Of a stretch of DNA of 64,000 nt, positions 1 through 12,342 are shown piece by piece. The stretch comes from Bacilli bacterium (GTDB lineage Bacteria; Bacillota_I; Bacilli_A; RF39; UBA660), in the NCBI GenBank assembly GCA_051872635.1, contig JBJEEA010000042.1:24822-88821 (forward strand). Direction: 5' to 3'. The number at the start of each line of letters is the position of its first letter. Position 1 is the stretch's first letter. The position numbers were made by a program, and so were the translations under genes. The notes beneath the pieces are model-generated. The model made no database searches, had not been told where the DNA came from, and saw nothing but the letters and a program-made list of their open reading frames with translations.

Positions 1-1437
<1,437 letters not shown>

Positions 1438-1464
1438 TCACAAATAAAAAAAGAAGGTCAAGTA

Positions 1465-2223
1465 CTAATAAAAAAGTGACATTTGGCCTTCAATTTCTGT
1501 AGGATATTTTCTACTTCTTTTTTTTACTTTTGGAGTTTCTACTTTTGGTTCTTCTTCACATATTATAAAAGCTTTTAAACTACGTAATGATTCTTCTTTT
1601 ACCTGTTTATATGTTTCAGGTAATAAACCATTTCTTTCTAGTTCTTTTCTTTCATCATAACGACATATAAACATAGCTAGATCATGAAATGATTTATATT
1701 TTAATTTGAATGTCTTACTTTTTGAATCAAAAGAATATACCTCACGTTCGTAAAAATCTCTTAAAGCAAGATATAAATTTGTAAAGTCTTTTCTGTTTAA
1801 CATGGACTCTATTATTCCGATATTAACTCTATTACAATAACTGTTTCGATAATATGAAATAAGTTTTTGTAAAAAATCAAAATCATTTTGTTTACTTAAT
1901 AATATATATCTTAAATTAGTTTTATCTAAGTATTTTGATTCACCACTATAAGCTATTCCATTTCTAACAATTACTAATGAATCTTTTTGTTTATGTCTAA
2001 TTGTTATGTTTTTAGTTATATCATCTATATTGATAATTCCATATTTATATAGAGTTTCACGAAAAGTATACTCACTATCATATTTAGAAGTACATGAATC
2101 TATTTCTTCTAAAGTATAAGAAGTATTATCTCTTAAATTAGAACTTCTTTTAAATTCTGGTAATGATGATATATCTAAAGGTCTATAATTATTTTTATCT
2201 TTAATAGTTAAATAATATGCCAT
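1465..2223 (-). CDS. hypothetical protein (252 aa) with a basic C-terminal tail ending GQMSLFY
   Basis: Intact ORF with an SD-like sequence (aggaggaat) upstream of the ATG. I recognise no family. Confidence 0.55.
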   Translation of the reverse strand: MAYYLTIKDKNNYRPLDISSLPEFKRSSNLRDNTSYTLEEIDSCTSKYDSEYTFRETLYKYGIINIDDITKNITIRHKQKDSLVIVRNGIAYSGESKYLDKTNLRYILLSKQNDFDFLQKLISYYRNSYCNRVNIGIIESMLNRKDFTNLYLALRDFYEREVYSFDSKSKTFKLKYKSFHDLAMFICRYDERKELERNGLLPETYKQVKEESLRSLKAFIICEEEPKVETPKVKKRSRKYPTEIEGQMSLFY

Positions 2224-2329
2224 ATTTTAATTCCTCCTATTAACTTTTATATTAACATTTTTATAAAATAAATACTATTTATTCTTCAGAATCTTTATCT
2301 TTTGTTTTTACTAATTTATTATACTTTTT

Positions 2330-3012
2330 TCTTAGTTACAATAAGTTTTAATCCATAACAACCAATTTGGATACCTCCTAATGCAAGTCCTGATAAGAAA
2401 GGGACTTCATCAATATTAATTCTAGAAAATGATTTAATTAAAAATTCTTTAGAAACAGTATAATTATTATATGATTTTACATAGCAGTAATTTAAATCAA
2501 CGAAATTGTTACTATTTTGAATGCCTATATCTTGGCAAGTACTTGAGACTTAGTGCATATAACAATTAATAGTTATATCATTATAATAGCTTTTGACCTA
2601 GGATTTTCTATTTCATTATTGGTTCAATATTTAAATATATTGGTCCGATTTTATAATTGGAAATTAAATTCTTAGTGTATTCAATGTCATCACAAATTTC
2701 TAATTATTGTTTTATTACTAGGTGGAATAATTATAGCAACATCATCTTTTGCTTCATTGCTTTTTCTATATATTTTCATGCAGAAGATATATTTTTATTT
2801 TCATGGTCACCAACATTATATATATTAATACTGTTAGCGGTCATCGAAACAATCTTGATATTCTTATCTTTAGATTTTTTATAATAGGTATTGCAATAAA
2901 TGTTGCTGCTAGATCTAAAGATGCTGTTTTTGATGCTATTTTCTTTGTACTTTTCATGACATGACTTCCAAAATAGTATTAATATGATAGCATAATTAAA
3001 AATTATTGTCAA
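2330..3012 (-). pseudogene. stop-riddled remnant sequence between the hypothetical gene and rplQ, possibly a decayed gene
   Basis: Only short mutually overlapping ORFs of 71-78 aa on both strands. Minus-strand translation gives protein-like runs (MKSTKKIASKTASLDLAATFIAIPII..., ...DEVPFLSGLALGGIQIGCYGLKLIVTK) broken by many stops. Confidence 0.25.
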
Positions 3013-3028
3013 ATTTCTTATTTATATA

Positions 3029-3057
3029 TAAAAAAAGAAGATATTTTTTATACCTTC
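3029..3057 (-). terminator. rho-independent terminator after rplQ, at the end of the ribosomal cluster
   Basis: On the minus strand, GAAGGTAT-AAAAA-ATATCTTC (8 bp stem with one G-U pair) is followed by an 8-nt T-run directly downstream of the rplQ stop. Confidence 0.6.
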
Positions 3058-3060
3058 TAT

Positions 3061-3402
3061 TTATACTAATTCTAAAATTACCTTTAAAGCTCCATCGCCT
3101 TTTCTTTCGGTCATCTTAATAATTCTAGTATATCCACCATTACGATCTTTATATTTTGGTGCTAATTCATTAAATACTTTGTCAACTGCTTTCTCATCGT
3201 TATGTAAGAATGCAAGGGCTAGTCTTCTTGAAACTAAAGTACCTTTTTTTCCATATGTTATCATTTTATCAAAACTTTTTCTAACTTCTTTTGCTCTAGT
3301 TTCAGTAGTAATTATTCTTTCGTTTTCAATTAATTGTTTTGTCAATGTAGCTAACATACTTCTTCTATGTCTAGTTTCTCTACCTAATTTTCTGTATGCC
3401 AT
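3061..3402 (-). CDS. rplQ: 50S ribosomal protein L17
   Basis: [33 protein letters not shown]... is a typical L17. It sits after rpoA. Confidence 0.97.
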   Translation of the reverse strand: MAYRKLGRETRHRRSMLATLTKQLIENERIITTETRAKEVRKSFDKMITYGKKGTLVSRRLALAFLHNDEKAVDKVFNELAPKYKDRNGGYTRIIKMTERKGDGALKVILELV

Positions 3403-3417
3403 TAAATATACCTCCTA

Positions 3418-4377
3418 TTAATTTTCATCTCTAAATGAAAGCCCCATATCTTTTACTTTGTCCATTACTTCTTTAAGTGATTTTTTACCTAAATTTCTAA
3501 TTTTCATCATTTCGTTTTCTGACTTTTCAACTAAATCTTTAAGTGTTAAGATATTTGCTCTCTTTAAACAGTTATAAGCTCTTACTGAGAAATCCAAATC
3601 ATCAATTGATGTCTCTAATATTTTAACATTTGGATCTTCTGATTTTGATATCATAAGTCCAGTTTCATCGGCTATTGAATTTAAATCAGTTAAGATTTCA
3701 AAGTGTTCTATTAAAATTCTTGAAGCAAGGGCAACAGCTTCTTCTGGAGTTATTGAACCATTAGTCCATACTTCTAATATTAATTTATCATAGTTATTAT
3801 TTTGCCCTACTCTAGCTGATTCTACTTCGTAGTTAATTCTCTCTACTGGAGAATAGATGCTATCAATTGCAATTGTATTAACTTTTGATTTATCTTGAGA
3901 TAATAATTTTTTATTTTCATCTGCTACTGTATAACCTCTTCCAGAGCCAACAGTCATTTCCATATGCAATTTGCCACCTTCAACAAGTGTAGCTATTTCT
4001 TGATCTGGATTTAGGATTTCTATATCTGCATCTGGTTCAATATCAGAAGCTTTTACTACACCAGGTGTGTCTTTATTTATTCTTAAAACTTTGCCTTCCT
4101 CTTTAGAATGGTTTTTAATAACTACTGACTTTAGATTTAATACTATTGCAGTAACGTCTTCGATTACTCCATCAATTTTTTGGAATTCATGTGCTACGCC
4201 ATCAATCTTAACTGAAGTTATTGCATCTCCTGGAAGTGAAGATAACATAACTCTTCTAAGTGCATTTCCTAAAGTTGTTCCGAAACCTCTCTCTAATGGT
4301 TCAAGTTCGAACTTACCATAGAAAGAATCTTTTAAATATTCTTTTACCTTATAATCAGGTTTTTCAAATTTCAACAT
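3418..4377 (-). CDS. rpoA: DNA-directed RNA polymerase subunit alpha
   Basis: YGKFELEPLERGFGTTLGNALRRVMLSSLPG is the canonical RpoA N-terminal domain. The C-terminal domain (LDFSVRAYNCLKRANI) is also present. Confidence 0.97.
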   Translation of the reverse strand: MLKFEKPDYKVKEYLKDSFYGKFELEPLERGFGTTLGNALRRVMLSSLPGDAITSVKIDGVAHEFQKIDGVIEDVTAIVLNLKSVVIKNHSKEEGKVLRINKDTPGVVKASDIEPDADIEILNPDQEIATLVEGGKLHMEMTVGSGRGYTVADENKKLLSQDKSKVNTIAIDSIYSPVERINYEVESARVGQNNNYDKLILEVWTNGSITPEEAVALASRILIEHFEILTDLNSIADETGLMISKSEDPNVKILETSIDDLDFSVRAYNCLKRANILTLKDLVEKSENEMMKIRNLGKKSLKEVMDKVKDMGLSFRDEN

Positions 4378-4399
4378 TTGTACGCGCTTCCTTTCTTAA

Positions 4400-4786
4400 T
4401 TATCCACGTCTTCTTTTGGGTGGACGACATCCGTTATGTGGAATTGGTGTTACATCTGTTATTGATTCTACTTCTAATCCAACTGTTTGTAATGATCTTA
4501 TTGCTGCTTCTCTTCCTTGGCCTAAACCTTTAACTTCAACTTTTACTTTTTTCATACCAGCTGCTACTGCGTCTCTTCCTGCTGCTTCAGCAGACATGCC
4601 AGCAGCATATGGAGTTGATTTCTTACTTCCCTTTACTCCTTGTGTTCCAGCAGAAGCCCAACTTACTACATTTCCTTCTAAGTCAGTAATTGTTACTATG
4701 GTATTATTAAATGTTGAATGGATATGCACAATTCCAGTAGGAATATTCTTTTTTGTTTTTCTTTTTCTTGAATTATATTTTCCCAT
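4400..4786 (-). CDS. rpsK: 30S ribosomal protein S11
   Basis: [18 protein letters not shown]...[12 protein letters not shown] matches S11. Confidence 0.97.
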   Translation of the reverse strand: MGKYNSRKRKTKKNIPTGIVHIHSTFNNTIVTITDLEGNVVSWASAGTQGVKGSKKSTPYAAGMSAEAAGRDAVAAGMKKVKVEVKGLGQGREAAIRSLQTVGLEVESITDVTPIPHNGCRPPKRRRG

Positions 4787-4799
4787 ATTTTCCTCCTAA

Positions 4800-5165
4800 T
4801 TATTTTTTCTTATTAGCAATAGTTTTTCCTTTACCTTTACGAGTTCTAGCATTTCTACTAGTTCTTTGACCTCTTACAGGTAAATTCTTTTTATGTCTAG
4901 TACCTTGATAAGAATTTATTTCCATCTTTGTTTTAATATTCATATTGACTTCTCTTCTTAAGTCACCTTCTACTAAGTAATTATCTACTTCTTTTCTGAT
5001 ACGAGAAAGTTCATCATCGCTTAAATCCTTAGCTTTTTTATTTAAATCGACATTAGCATTTTTTAGGATTGTTTTTGATAATTTTCTTCCTATTCCATAG
5101 ATATAAGTAAGAGATATTTCTATTCTCTTGTCGTTTGGTATATCTACACCTTTAATTCTTGCCAT
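4800..5165 (-). CDS. rpsM: 30S ribosomal protein S13
   Basis: [26 protein letters not shown] matches S13. Confidence 0.97.
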   Translation of the reverse strand: MARIKGVDIPNDKRIEISLTYIYGIGRKLSKTILKNANVDLNKKAKDLSDDELSRIRKEVDNYLVEGDLRREVNMNIKTKMEINSYQGTRHKKNLPVRGQRTSRNARTRKGKGKTIANKKK

Positions 5166-5183
5166 ACTATTTTTCCTCCTATA

Positions 5184-5297
5184 TTAACCTTGTTTTTGTT
5201 TGTGTTTTGGATTTTCACAAATAACCATGACTTTACCTTTTCTTTTTATTATTTTACATTTGTCACAAATTTTTTTAACTGATGCTTTTACTTTCAT
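5184..5297 (-). CDS. rpmJ: 50S ribosomal protein L36 (37 aa, Zn-ribbon form)
   Basis: Own translation: [37 protein letters not shown]. It is below the ORF-track size cut-off and lies in the expected position between infA and rpsM. Confidence 0.93.
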   Translation of the reverse strand: MKVKASVKKICDKCKIIKRKGKVMVICENPKHKQKQG

Positions 5298-5308
5298 TTT
5301 CATCACTC

Positions 5309-5527
5309 CTATTTTTTATTATATATTATACGCCCTTGTGTTAAGTCATAAGGTGACATAGCTATAACCACTGTATCACCTGGTAGAATACGTATGTTAT
5401 TCATGCGCATTCTACCAGAAACATGGGCAACTACGATGTGGCCTCCATCTAGTTCAACTTTAAATTTTCCTTGAGGTAAATTATCAAGTACTTTTCCTTC
5501 GACTTCAATTGTATCGTCTCTACTCAT
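5309..5527 (-). CDS. infA: translation initiation factor IF-1
   Basis: [52 protein letters not shown] prefer the start at MSRDD; the track ORF extends to 5536. Confidence 0.93.
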   Translation of the reverse strand: MSRDDTIEVEGKVLDNLPQGKFKVELDGGHIVVAHVSGRMRMNNIRILPGDTVVIAMSPYDLTQGRIIYNKK

Positions 5528-6278
5528 AATTATCATCTCCTGTTAATATTTTATAACCTTCTTTTGTTACAACTATTGTATGTTCAAAGTGAGCTGATGG
5601 TTTATTATCACCTGTTACTATCGTCCAGTCGTCATCTAGTAAATATACTTTTCTAGTTCCTAGATTGAGCATAGGCTCGACGGCGATAGTCATTCCTTCT
5701 TTTAAAATTATTCCAGAGTCTTCACTACCATAGTTTGGCACTTCTGGATCTTCATGTAAATTCTGTCCAATTCCATGACCGACGAGTTCTCTTACAACAC
5801 CTAGTTTATGCTTTTTTGCATATTCTTCAATGGCATGAGATACAACTCCTAATCTAACACCGGCTTTTACTTTACTAAGTCCTTCATATAAAGCTTTTTC
5901 AGTGTGATAAAGTAGATACTCTTTTTCTTTAGAAATATCTCCAACAGCATAAGACCAAGCAGAATCACCATGATACCCCTTGTAGCAAGCACATATATCA
6001 AGGGTTACGATGTCACCATTTTTAAGCTTTCTCTTGCCTGGTATTCCGTGAACGACTTCTTCATTTACAGAAATACAGATACTACCTGGATAACCTTCAT
6101 AATTTAAACATGATGGATAAGCGTTTCTGCTTATAATATAATCATGGGCTAGTTTATCTATTTCTAAAGTAGTTATACCAGGTTTTAAAAATGGCTTTAA
6201 ATATTGATGAGTATCATAGACAATTCTTCCAGCTTCTTTCATTAAAGATAATTCATAATCACTTTTGATAGTAATCAT
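5520..6278 (-). CDS. map: type I methionine aminopeptidase
   Basis: 252 aa with the pita-bread fold motifs ([26 protein letters not shown]). Confidence 0.93.
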   Translation of the reverse strand: MITIKSDYELSLMKEAGRIVYDTHQYLKPFLKPGITTLEIDKLAHDYIISRNAYPSCLNYEGYPGSICISVNEEVVHGIPGKRKLKNGDIVTLDICACYKGYHGDSAWSYAVGDISKEKEYLLYHTEKALYEGLSKVKAGVRLGVVSHAIEEYAKKHKLGVVRELVGHGIGQNLHEDPEVPNYGSEDSGIILKEGMTIAVEPMLNLGTRKVYLLDDDWTIVTGDNKPSAHFEHTIVVTKEGYKILTGDDNYE

Positions 6279-6928
6279 TTTAAGACCTTCTCTACTTCTT
6301 TAAATACTTCGTCGCTACTTAAATTATCGACACTAATTCTTATTAGATTACCTTCTTTTTCATAATATTCTATTAATGGATAAGTCTCTTTCATATAAGT
6401 ATCGAATCTCTTATTAAATGTACTTTCGTTATCATCATCTCTTGCTTTTAAAGTACTACCACATCTATCACAAATGTTTTCGCACATGGGAGATAGTTCT
6501 TTTACTGATAAGTTATATGATGAACCACACTTGGGGCAGACAATTCTAGAGGTCATACGCTTTAAAGCTACATCTTTAGAAATATCTAAGAAAATTATTT
6601 TTCCTATATCATAAGATAATTCTTCTAATAATTTATCATAGGCTTTAGCTTGCTCGACATTACGAGGATAACCGTCTAAAATATAGCCTTTTTTAGCATC
6701 TTTACAAGATAATCTTTTAGTTAAAATTTTGGTAATGATATCATTAGTTACTAATTCGCCTCTTGCAATGATATTTTTTATTTCTGTGCCTACTTTGCTA
6801 CCACGAGCAATTTCATCACGAAGTAAATCGCCAGTGCTGATATGAGGAATATTATATTTGTCACAAAGCATCATCGATACTGTTCCTTTTCCCGCTGCTG
6901 GAGGGGCAATAAATATAATATTCTTCAT
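6275..6928 (-). CDS. adk: adenylate kinase with a four-Cys Zn lid
   Basis: P-loop PPAAGKGT and lid CPKCGSSYN...CDRCGS. Confidence 0.95.
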   Translation of the reverse strand: MKNIIFIAPPAAGKGTVSMMLCDKYNIPHISTGDLLRDEIARGSKVGTEIKNIIARGELVTNDIITKILTKRLSCKDAKKGYILDGYPRNVEQAKAYDKLLEELSYDIGKIIFLDISKDVALKRMTSRIVCPKCGSSYNLSVKELSPMCENICDRCGSTLKARDDDNESTFNKRFDTYMKETYPLIEYYEKEGNLIRISVDNLSSDEVFKEVEKVLK

Positions 6929-8190
6929 TATCTTGCTCCTTTATAGTTTCTATTTAACAAACTACTTTCTAATTGCTTATAGGTTTCAATAGCAACACCG
7001 ACAACAATTAGCAATCCAGTTCCACCAATACTAACAGATGATGGAAGTCCGGTGTCGATAAAACTACTAAATATAATTGGCAAACCTGCTATTATGGCAA
7101 TAAATATTGTTCCTAAGAAAGTAATTCTATTTAAAATTTTCTTAATATATTTTTCAGTTTCTACTCCTGGTCTGATACCTGGAATATAACCACCATTTTT
7201 ATTTAAATTACTTGCGAGTTCTTTTGGATTAATCTGCAAATTGGTGTAAAAGAATCCAAATATAAATATTAATAATATATATATAACAAATCCAGTTGGA
7301 GTTGTATAATTTATATATTTGGAAACAAATATTGAAAATCCTGATTCTTCACCAAGCAGACCTGCAATAAATGTTGGTATGGATAATATTACTGATGCAA
7401 AGATAACGGGCATAACACCAGCAGAATTTAATTTGAACGGAATATAATTTTGTTTTTGTCCATAAGCTGATGATGTACGATTGGAATACTGAATTGGAAT
7501 TCTTCTCTCCGAGCATTCTTCAAATACAACACCCACGACAATAACTAAATATAATAAGACAAATAAGATAAAACCTAATATTCCTAAAAATAGTGATCCA
7601 CTACGACTAATAATTAAACTATCAAATGTATCAATAAACATTTTTGGTACAGTTGATATAATACCAGCCATAATGATTAATGAGATACCATTTCCAAGTC
7701 CTTTTTGAGTAATTTGATCACCTAGCCATAGTAAGAAGGCAGTGCCACCTGTTAAGATGAGGGCAATTTTTAAATACTCAAGAGTTCCAGCTCCTTTTAC
7801 AAAGGTAAATGCCATGGCAAAACCTTGTAAGAAGGCTAAAACTATACCAATGTATCTATTTATTTGATTTATTTTTTGTCTTCCTTGTTCTCCTGATTCT
7901 TTCAATTCTGTAAAGTATGGAATAATATCCATCTGTAATATTCCAGTTATAATGCTAGCAGATATGTATGGCATAACACCAAGAGCAAATATTGAAAAAT
8001 TCTTTAAAGCTCCTCCGCCAATAGCATTATATAATTCCCATAATCCTAAATTAGATATTGCGCCTTCAGTTCCTGGTACGGGAATAGTTGTACCAAGAGC
8101 AAATATTAGTAGTCCAAATAAGGTAAATCCTATTCTTTTCCTAATATCTTTATTTTTAGGACTAAAGATTAATTTTAGATTTTTGAACAT
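6928..8190 (-). CDS. secY: preprotein translocase subunit SecY
   Basis: 420 aa polytopic protein in the canonical position between rplO and adk. Confidence 0.95.
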   Translation of the reverse strand: MFKNLKLIFSPKNKDIRKRIGFTLFGLLIFALGTTIPVPGTEGAISNLGLWELYNAIGGGALKNFSIFALGVMPYISASIITGILQMDIIPYFTELKESGEQGRQKINQINRYIGIVLAFLQGFAMAFTFVKGAGTLEYLKIALILTGGTAFLLWLGDQITQKGLGNGISLIIMAGIISTVPKMFIDTFDSLIISRSGSLFLGILGFILFVLLYLVIVVGVVFEECSERRIPIQYSNRTSSAYGQKQNYIPFKLNSAGVMPVIFASVILSIPTFIAGLLGEESGFSIFVSKYINYTTPTGFVIYILLIFIFGFFYTNLQINPKELASNLNKNGGYIPGIRPGVETEKYIKKILNRITFLGTIFIAIIAGLPIIFSSFIDTGLPSSVSIGGTGLLIVVGVAIETYKQLESSLLNRNYKGAR

Positions 8191-8634
8191 CTAAATCACC
8201 TCAGTTTTTCCACCAATAGTTTCTATTTTTTCTTTAGCAGCTTTAGAAAAAGCATTTGCTCTAACTGTTAACTTCTTTGTTAATTCGCCACCTGCTAAAA
8301 CTTTTACTCCATCTAATTCTTTTTTTATTAATCCTACTTCTTTAAGAAGTTTAGTATCTACTACGGTACCATCTTCAAATCTATTTAAATCTGAAACGTT
8401 GACAGTACTGTATACTGTTCTAAAGTTATAATTATTGAATCCTCTTTTTGATAATCTTCTAAATAGTGGAAGTTGACCTCCTTCAAAGCCAGGTCTTACA
8501 CCGCCACCACTTCTAGCGTTTTGTCCTTTTTCACCTTTACCACTTGTCTTACCAGTTCCAGAGCCTTGTCCGCGTCCTACTCTTTTTCTATCTTTAACTG
8601 AACCTTCTACTGAATATAATTCATTTAATTTCAT
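8191..8634 (-). CDS. rplO: 50S ribosomal protein L15
   Basis: [27 protein letters not shown] matches L15. Confidence 0.96.
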   Translation of the reverse strand: MKLNELYSVEGSVKDRKRVGRGQGSGTGKTSGKGEKGQNARSGGGVRPGFEGGQLPLFRRLSKRGFNNYNFRTVYSTVNVSDLNRFEDGTVVDTKLLKEVGLIKKELDGVKVLAGGELTKKLTVRANAFSKAAKEKIETIGGKTEVI

Positions 8635-9209
8635 TATCTTAATTCCTCAACTTTCTTATCTCTTAAATAAGCAACATGGTCAGGAGATTTTTGATCTTTA
8701 AGAGCTCTTAAAGTAGCTCTAGCAGCATTAATCTTAGTACTTGATCCAAGTGATTTTGATAAGACATCTTTTACTCCTGCTAATTCTAGTACATCTCTAA
8801 CTGGTCCACCAGCTTTAACTCCAGTACCTTCTTTAGCAGGTTTAAGCATTACACGGCATGCTCCTTCTTTAACAATAATATCATGTGAAATTGTACGATT
8901 ATCAATTAGTTCTACTTTAATTAGATTCTTTGATGCTGCATCTTTAGCTTTCTTTACTGCATCTGGCATTTCTTTAGCTTTTCCTGTTCCTAAACCAACC
9001 ATGCCTTTTCTATTTCCAACTACGACAGTAGCGGCAAAACGAAATTGTCTTCCACCTTTAACAACTTTTGTTACTCTTCTAACTTCGATAACTTTATCCT
9101 CTAAGTCAGATTTTGGTTTTGAAAAGTTATTATTTCTAGGTTTTCTTTTATCAAATTTACGAGGCTTAGTTTCATTTAACTTCTCTGTTTTTTTATTTTC
9201 TTCGTTCAT
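8634..9209 (-). CDS. rpsE: 30S ribosomal protein S5 with a basic N-terminal extension of about 35 aa
   Basis: [27 protein letters not shown] matches S5. It abuts rplO directly, leaving no room for rpmD. Confidence 0.95.
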   Translation of the reverse strand: MNEENKKTEKLNETKPRKFDKRKPRNNNFSKPKSDLEDKVIEVRRVTKVVKGGRQFRFAATVVVGNRKGMVGLGTGKAKEMPDAVKKAKDAASKNLIKVELIDNRTISHDIIVKEGACRVMLKPAKEGTGVKAGGPVRDVLELAGVKDVLSKSLGSSTKINAARATLRALKDQKSPDHVAYLRDKKVEELR

Positions 9210-9229
9210 CCTTAAGTTCCCTCCTCACT

Positions 9230-9592
9230 TTAGAATTCTAATCCATTTTCTCTTGCAGATTCAGCAAGAGCTTTAACACGTCCATGATAAAGATATCCTC
9301 CTCTATCAAATACAACGGCTGTTATTTTAGCTTTTTTAGCTCTCTTTGCAATTTCTGCTCCTACGACTTTAGCAGCTTCAACATTTCCACCATTTTTAAG
9401 ATTTAATTCTTTTTCAAGTGAAGAAGCGCTAACTAAAGTAACTCCTTTTACATCATCGATGATTTGAGCTTCAATGTTTGCATTAGATCTAAATACGCAA
9501 AGTCTAGGTCTTTCACTTGTACCTGAAAGATTTTCTCTTATTCTTTCGTGTCTTACTTTTCTCATTTCATTTCTTGAAACTTTCTTTATCAT
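9230..9592 (-). CDS. rplR: 50S ribosomal protein L18
   Basis: [20 protein letters not shown]...[18 protein letters not shown] matches L18. Confidence 0.96.
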   Translation of the reverse strand: MIKKVSRNEMRKVRHERIRENLSGTSERPRLCVFRSNANIEAQIIDDVKGVTLVSASSLEKELNLKNGGNVEAAKVVGAEIAKRAKKAKITAVVFDRGGYLYHGRVKALAESARENGLEF

Positions 9593-9613
9593 ATTTAAGT
9601 CTCCTCCTATTTA

Positions 9614-10153
9614 TTATTTAGAAGCTTTCTTTCCTTCTTTACGACGAATTTGTTCACCTTTGTATTTAATACCTTTTCCTTTATATGGTTCAGGTTGTCT
9701 TACTTTTCTTATATTTGCGGCAAATTCACCGATTTTCTCTTTATCAATACCTTCTAGTTCGATTTCTGTATTGCTAATAGCTTTAACAGTAATACCCTTT
9801 GGTACTTCTAAAATAACAGGATGTGAATAACCAGCACTAATGGTAAGTTTATTTCCACTTGCGGTAAACTTATAACCAACACCAACTATTTCTAATCCTT
9901 TTTTATAGCCTTCACTTACACCTACTATCATATTTTTGATATTAGCATTAGTGGTTCCATGCATTGCATGGGTAAATTTATCTTCTTTTAAAGCATTTAC
10001 GATAACGGTATTATCTTCTACTTTTACTTCGATATTTTTAACTAAATCTAAAGTAAGTTCTCCTTTAGGTCCTTTTACTGTTACTACATTATCATTAACA
10101 TTAACATTAACATTTTCTGGAATAGATAAAACTCTTTTACCAATACGGCTCAC
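9614..10153 (-). CDS. rplF: 50S ribosomal protein L6
   Basis: MSRIGKRVLSIPENVNV...VKGPKGEL matches L6. Confidence 0.96.
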   Translation of the reverse strand: MSRIGKRVLSIPENVNVNVNDNVVTVKGPKGELTLDLVKNIEVKVEDNTVIVNALKEDKFTHAMHGTTNANIKNMIVGVSEGYKKGLEIVGVGYKFTASGNKLTISAGYSHPVILEVPKGITVKAISNTEIELEGIDKEKIGEFAANIRKVRQPEPYKGKGIKYKGEQIRRKEGKKASK

Positions 10154-10163
10154 TTTTTATCAC

Positions 10164-10553
10164 CTACCATATATAAGCAATTACTTCTCCACCTAAAGAA
10201 TTCTTTCTAGCTTCTTTATCAGTCATAACTCCTTTAGATGTAGATATAATAGCAATTCCAAGACCATTTAGAACTGTTGGAAGTTCATCGGCCTTAGCAT
10301 ATACTCTAAGACCTGGTTTTGAAATTCTTTTAAGTCCAGTAATTACTCTTTCTTTATTTTTATATTTTAATGTTAATGTAATAACACCTTGAACTGTTTC
10401 GTTATTTATTTTATAATCTTCAATAAATCCTTCTTCTTTTAAAATTCTAGCTATTTCTTCTTTCATTTTCGAAGCTGGAACTTCACAAGAGACGTTTCTA
10501 TTTTGATTAGCATTACGTATTCTCGTAAGCATATCTGCGATTGGATCTGTCAT
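10164..10553 (-). CDS. rpsH: 30S ribosomal protein S8
   Basis: [17 protein letters not shown] matches S8. Confidence 0.96.
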   Translation of the reverse strand: MTDPIADMLTRIRNANQNRNVSCEVPASKMKEEIARILKEEGFIEDYKINNETVQGVITLTLKYKNKERVITGLKRISKPGLRVYAKADELPTVLNGLGIAIISTSKGVMTDKEARKNSLGGEVIAYIW

Positions 10554-10583
10554 TTAAAATCCCTCCTTCTTATTATTCAAATC

Positions 10584-10769
10584 TTACCAACTTGATTTCT
10601 TTACACCAGGTATTTGACCTTTGTATGCAAGATTTCTAAAGCAAATACGACAAATGCCATATTTCTTTAAAACTGCATGAGGTCTTCCACAAATTTTACA
10701 TCTAGTGTATTTTCTAACCTTAAATTTAGGTTCTTTTTCTGATTTAATAATCATTGATTTTCTAGCCAT
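10584..10769 (-). CDS. rpsN: 30S ribosomal protein S14, type Z (61 aa, Zn-binding)
   Basis: [22 protein letters not shown] contains two CxxC pairs. Confidence 0.95.
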   Translation of the reverse strand: MARKSMIIKSEKEPKFKVRKYTRCKICGRPHAVLKKYGICRICFRNLAYKGQIPGVKKSSW

Positions 10770-10786
10770 TTTTTAGCACCTCTTCC

Positions 10787-11326
10787 TTATTTCCTAAAAG
10801 GAACTCCAAGTTCATTTAATAAATCAAATGCTTCTTCATTAGTTTTAGCAGTTGTAACGATTACGACATCCATACCTCTTACTTTTTCAACTTCATCAAA
10901 ATTAATTTCTGGGAAAATAATTTGTTCTTTAATACCAATTGTATAGTTTCCTCTTCCATCAAAACTCTTAGGAGATAATCCCCTGAAATCTCTTACTCTA
11001 GGTAAACCAATACTAATTAATTTATCTAAGAAAGTATACATTCTGTCTCCTCTTAAAGTTACTTTACAACCAATTTTATGTCCTTCTCTTACTTTAAATG
11101 AAGCTATTGATTTTTTGGCAGTAGTTTCGACTGCCTTTAATCCAGTTATTTTTTCTAACTCATGAACAGCATTTTCTAAGTTTTTAGAATTTACAGTAGC
11201 ATCTCCAACTCCCATATTAACGACAATTTTCTCAATTTTTGGGACAAGCATTGGAGTAGTATAACCATATTTTTCTGTTAAACTTGGAACAACTTCTTTA
11301 ATATATTTTTCTCTTAGGCGGTTCAC
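10787..11326 (-). CDS. rplE: 50S ribosomal protein L5
   Basis: [14 protein letters not shown]...[10 protein letters not shown] matches L5. Confidence 0.96.
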   Translation of the reverse strand: MNRLREKYIKEVVPSLTEKYGYTTPMLVPKIEKIVVNMGVGDATVNSKNLENAVHELEKITGLKAVETTAKKSIASFKVREGHKIGCKVTLRGDRMYTFLDKLISIGLPRVRDFRGLSPKSFDGRGNYTIGIKEQIIFPEINFDEVEKVRGMDVVIVTTAKTNEEAFDLLNELGVPFRK

Positions 11327-11347
11327 TTTCTTCGCCCTCCTTCCAAA

Positions 11348-11653
11348 TTAGTCAATCTTCTCATTAGATTTTTTTGATATTCTAATTTTCTTTCCTTTAC
11401 TATCTTTTTCAATTTTAACCTTCGTAGGCTTTTTTGTCTTTGGATCAAGAAGCATTACATTAGATGCATGAATTGGTGCTTCCATTTCGATAATTTCTCC
11501 ATTACCATTATTGTTTTTAGGTTTTAGATGTTTTTTTACCATATTAACACCTTCAACAATAACTCTATCACCAGTTATTTTAGTAATTTTGCCTTCTTTA
11601 CCTTTATTAGAACCACAAGTAACTACTACTTTATCACCTGTTTTAAGTTTCAT
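11348..11653 (-). CDS. rplX: 50S ribosomal protein L24
   Basis: MKLKTGDKVVVTCGSNKGKEGKI is the KOW motif. Confidence 0.95.
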   Translation of the reverse strand: MKLKTGDKVVVTCGSNKGKEGKITKITGDRVIVEGVNMVKKHLKPKNNNGNGEIIEMEAPIHASNVMLLDPKTKKPTKVKIEKDSKGKKIRISKKSNEKID

Positions 11654-11676
11654 ATGTTTTTCCTCCTTTGATAGGC

Positions 11677-12045
11677 CTATAGCACATCTTTAGCTAAACT
11701 TACGATCTTTGTGAAATCTTTATCTCTTAGTTCACGTGCTACTGGACCTAAAATACGTGTACCTACTGGACTCTTATCATCTTTGATTAAAACGCATGCA
11801 TTATCATCAAATCTGATATAACTTCCGTCGTCTCTTCTAACTCCTCTTTTAGTTCTTACTATAACGGCTTTAACAACTTTACCTTTCTTTATAGTACCAT
11901 TAGGAGTAGCTTTCTTTACTGTAGCAACAACTATATCTCCAATATTACCAGTTTTAACTTTACTTCCACCGAGAACTCTAATTACTAATACTTCACGAGC
12001 TCCACAGTTATCCGCTACTTTTAAGCGGGTTTCTTGTTGTACCAT
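11677..12045 (-). CDS. rplN: 50S ribosomal protein L14
   Basis: [28 protein letters not shown] matches L14. Confidence 0.97.
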   Translation of the reverse strand: MVQQETRLKVADNCGAREVLVIRVLGGSKVKTGNIGDIVVATVKKATPNGTIKKGKVVKAVIVRTKRGVRRDDGSYIRFDDNACVLIKDDKSPVGTRILGPVARELRDKDFTKIVSLAKDVL

Positions 12046-12073
12046 ATTTATTTTCCTCCTTCCGAGCTAAGAG

Positions 12074-12328
12074 TTATAAAATAACAGCTTTTTCTATTAC
12101 TTCAACTAATTCATATCTCTTAGTTTTAGATAATGGTCTAGTTTGGGCTAAGCGAACTTTATCACCAACGTGAGCGACATTGTTTTCATCATGAGCAGCA
12201 TATTTCTTTGAATACTTTACTCTTTTTCCATATAATGGATGTTTCTTATAAGTTTCAACTTTAACGGTGATAGTTTTATCAGCTTTATCTGAAACTACTA
12301 CACCAATTAATTCTCTCTTTTGCTTCAT
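12074..12328 (-). CDS. rpsQ: 30S ribosomal protein S17
   Basis: [28 protein letters not shown] matches S17. Confidence 0.96.
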   Translation of the reverse strand: MKQKRELIGVVVSDKADKTITVKVETYKKHPLYGKRVKYSKKYAAHDENNVAHVGDKVRLAQTRPLSKTKRYELVEVIEKAVIL

Positions 12329-12342
12329 ATTCTTCTCCTCAC

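Noticed and set aside
4260-4799. 179 aa plus-strand ORF, along with many similar plus-strand ORFs across 3.1-16.1 kb (for example 9474-9830, 12573-12824, 15778-16068).
   Set aside because: They lie antisense to highly conserved ribosomal protein, rpoA and secY genes. Their translations are low-complexity and hydrophobic, typical of shadow ORFs in AT-rich DNA, and they lack plausible SD sequences.
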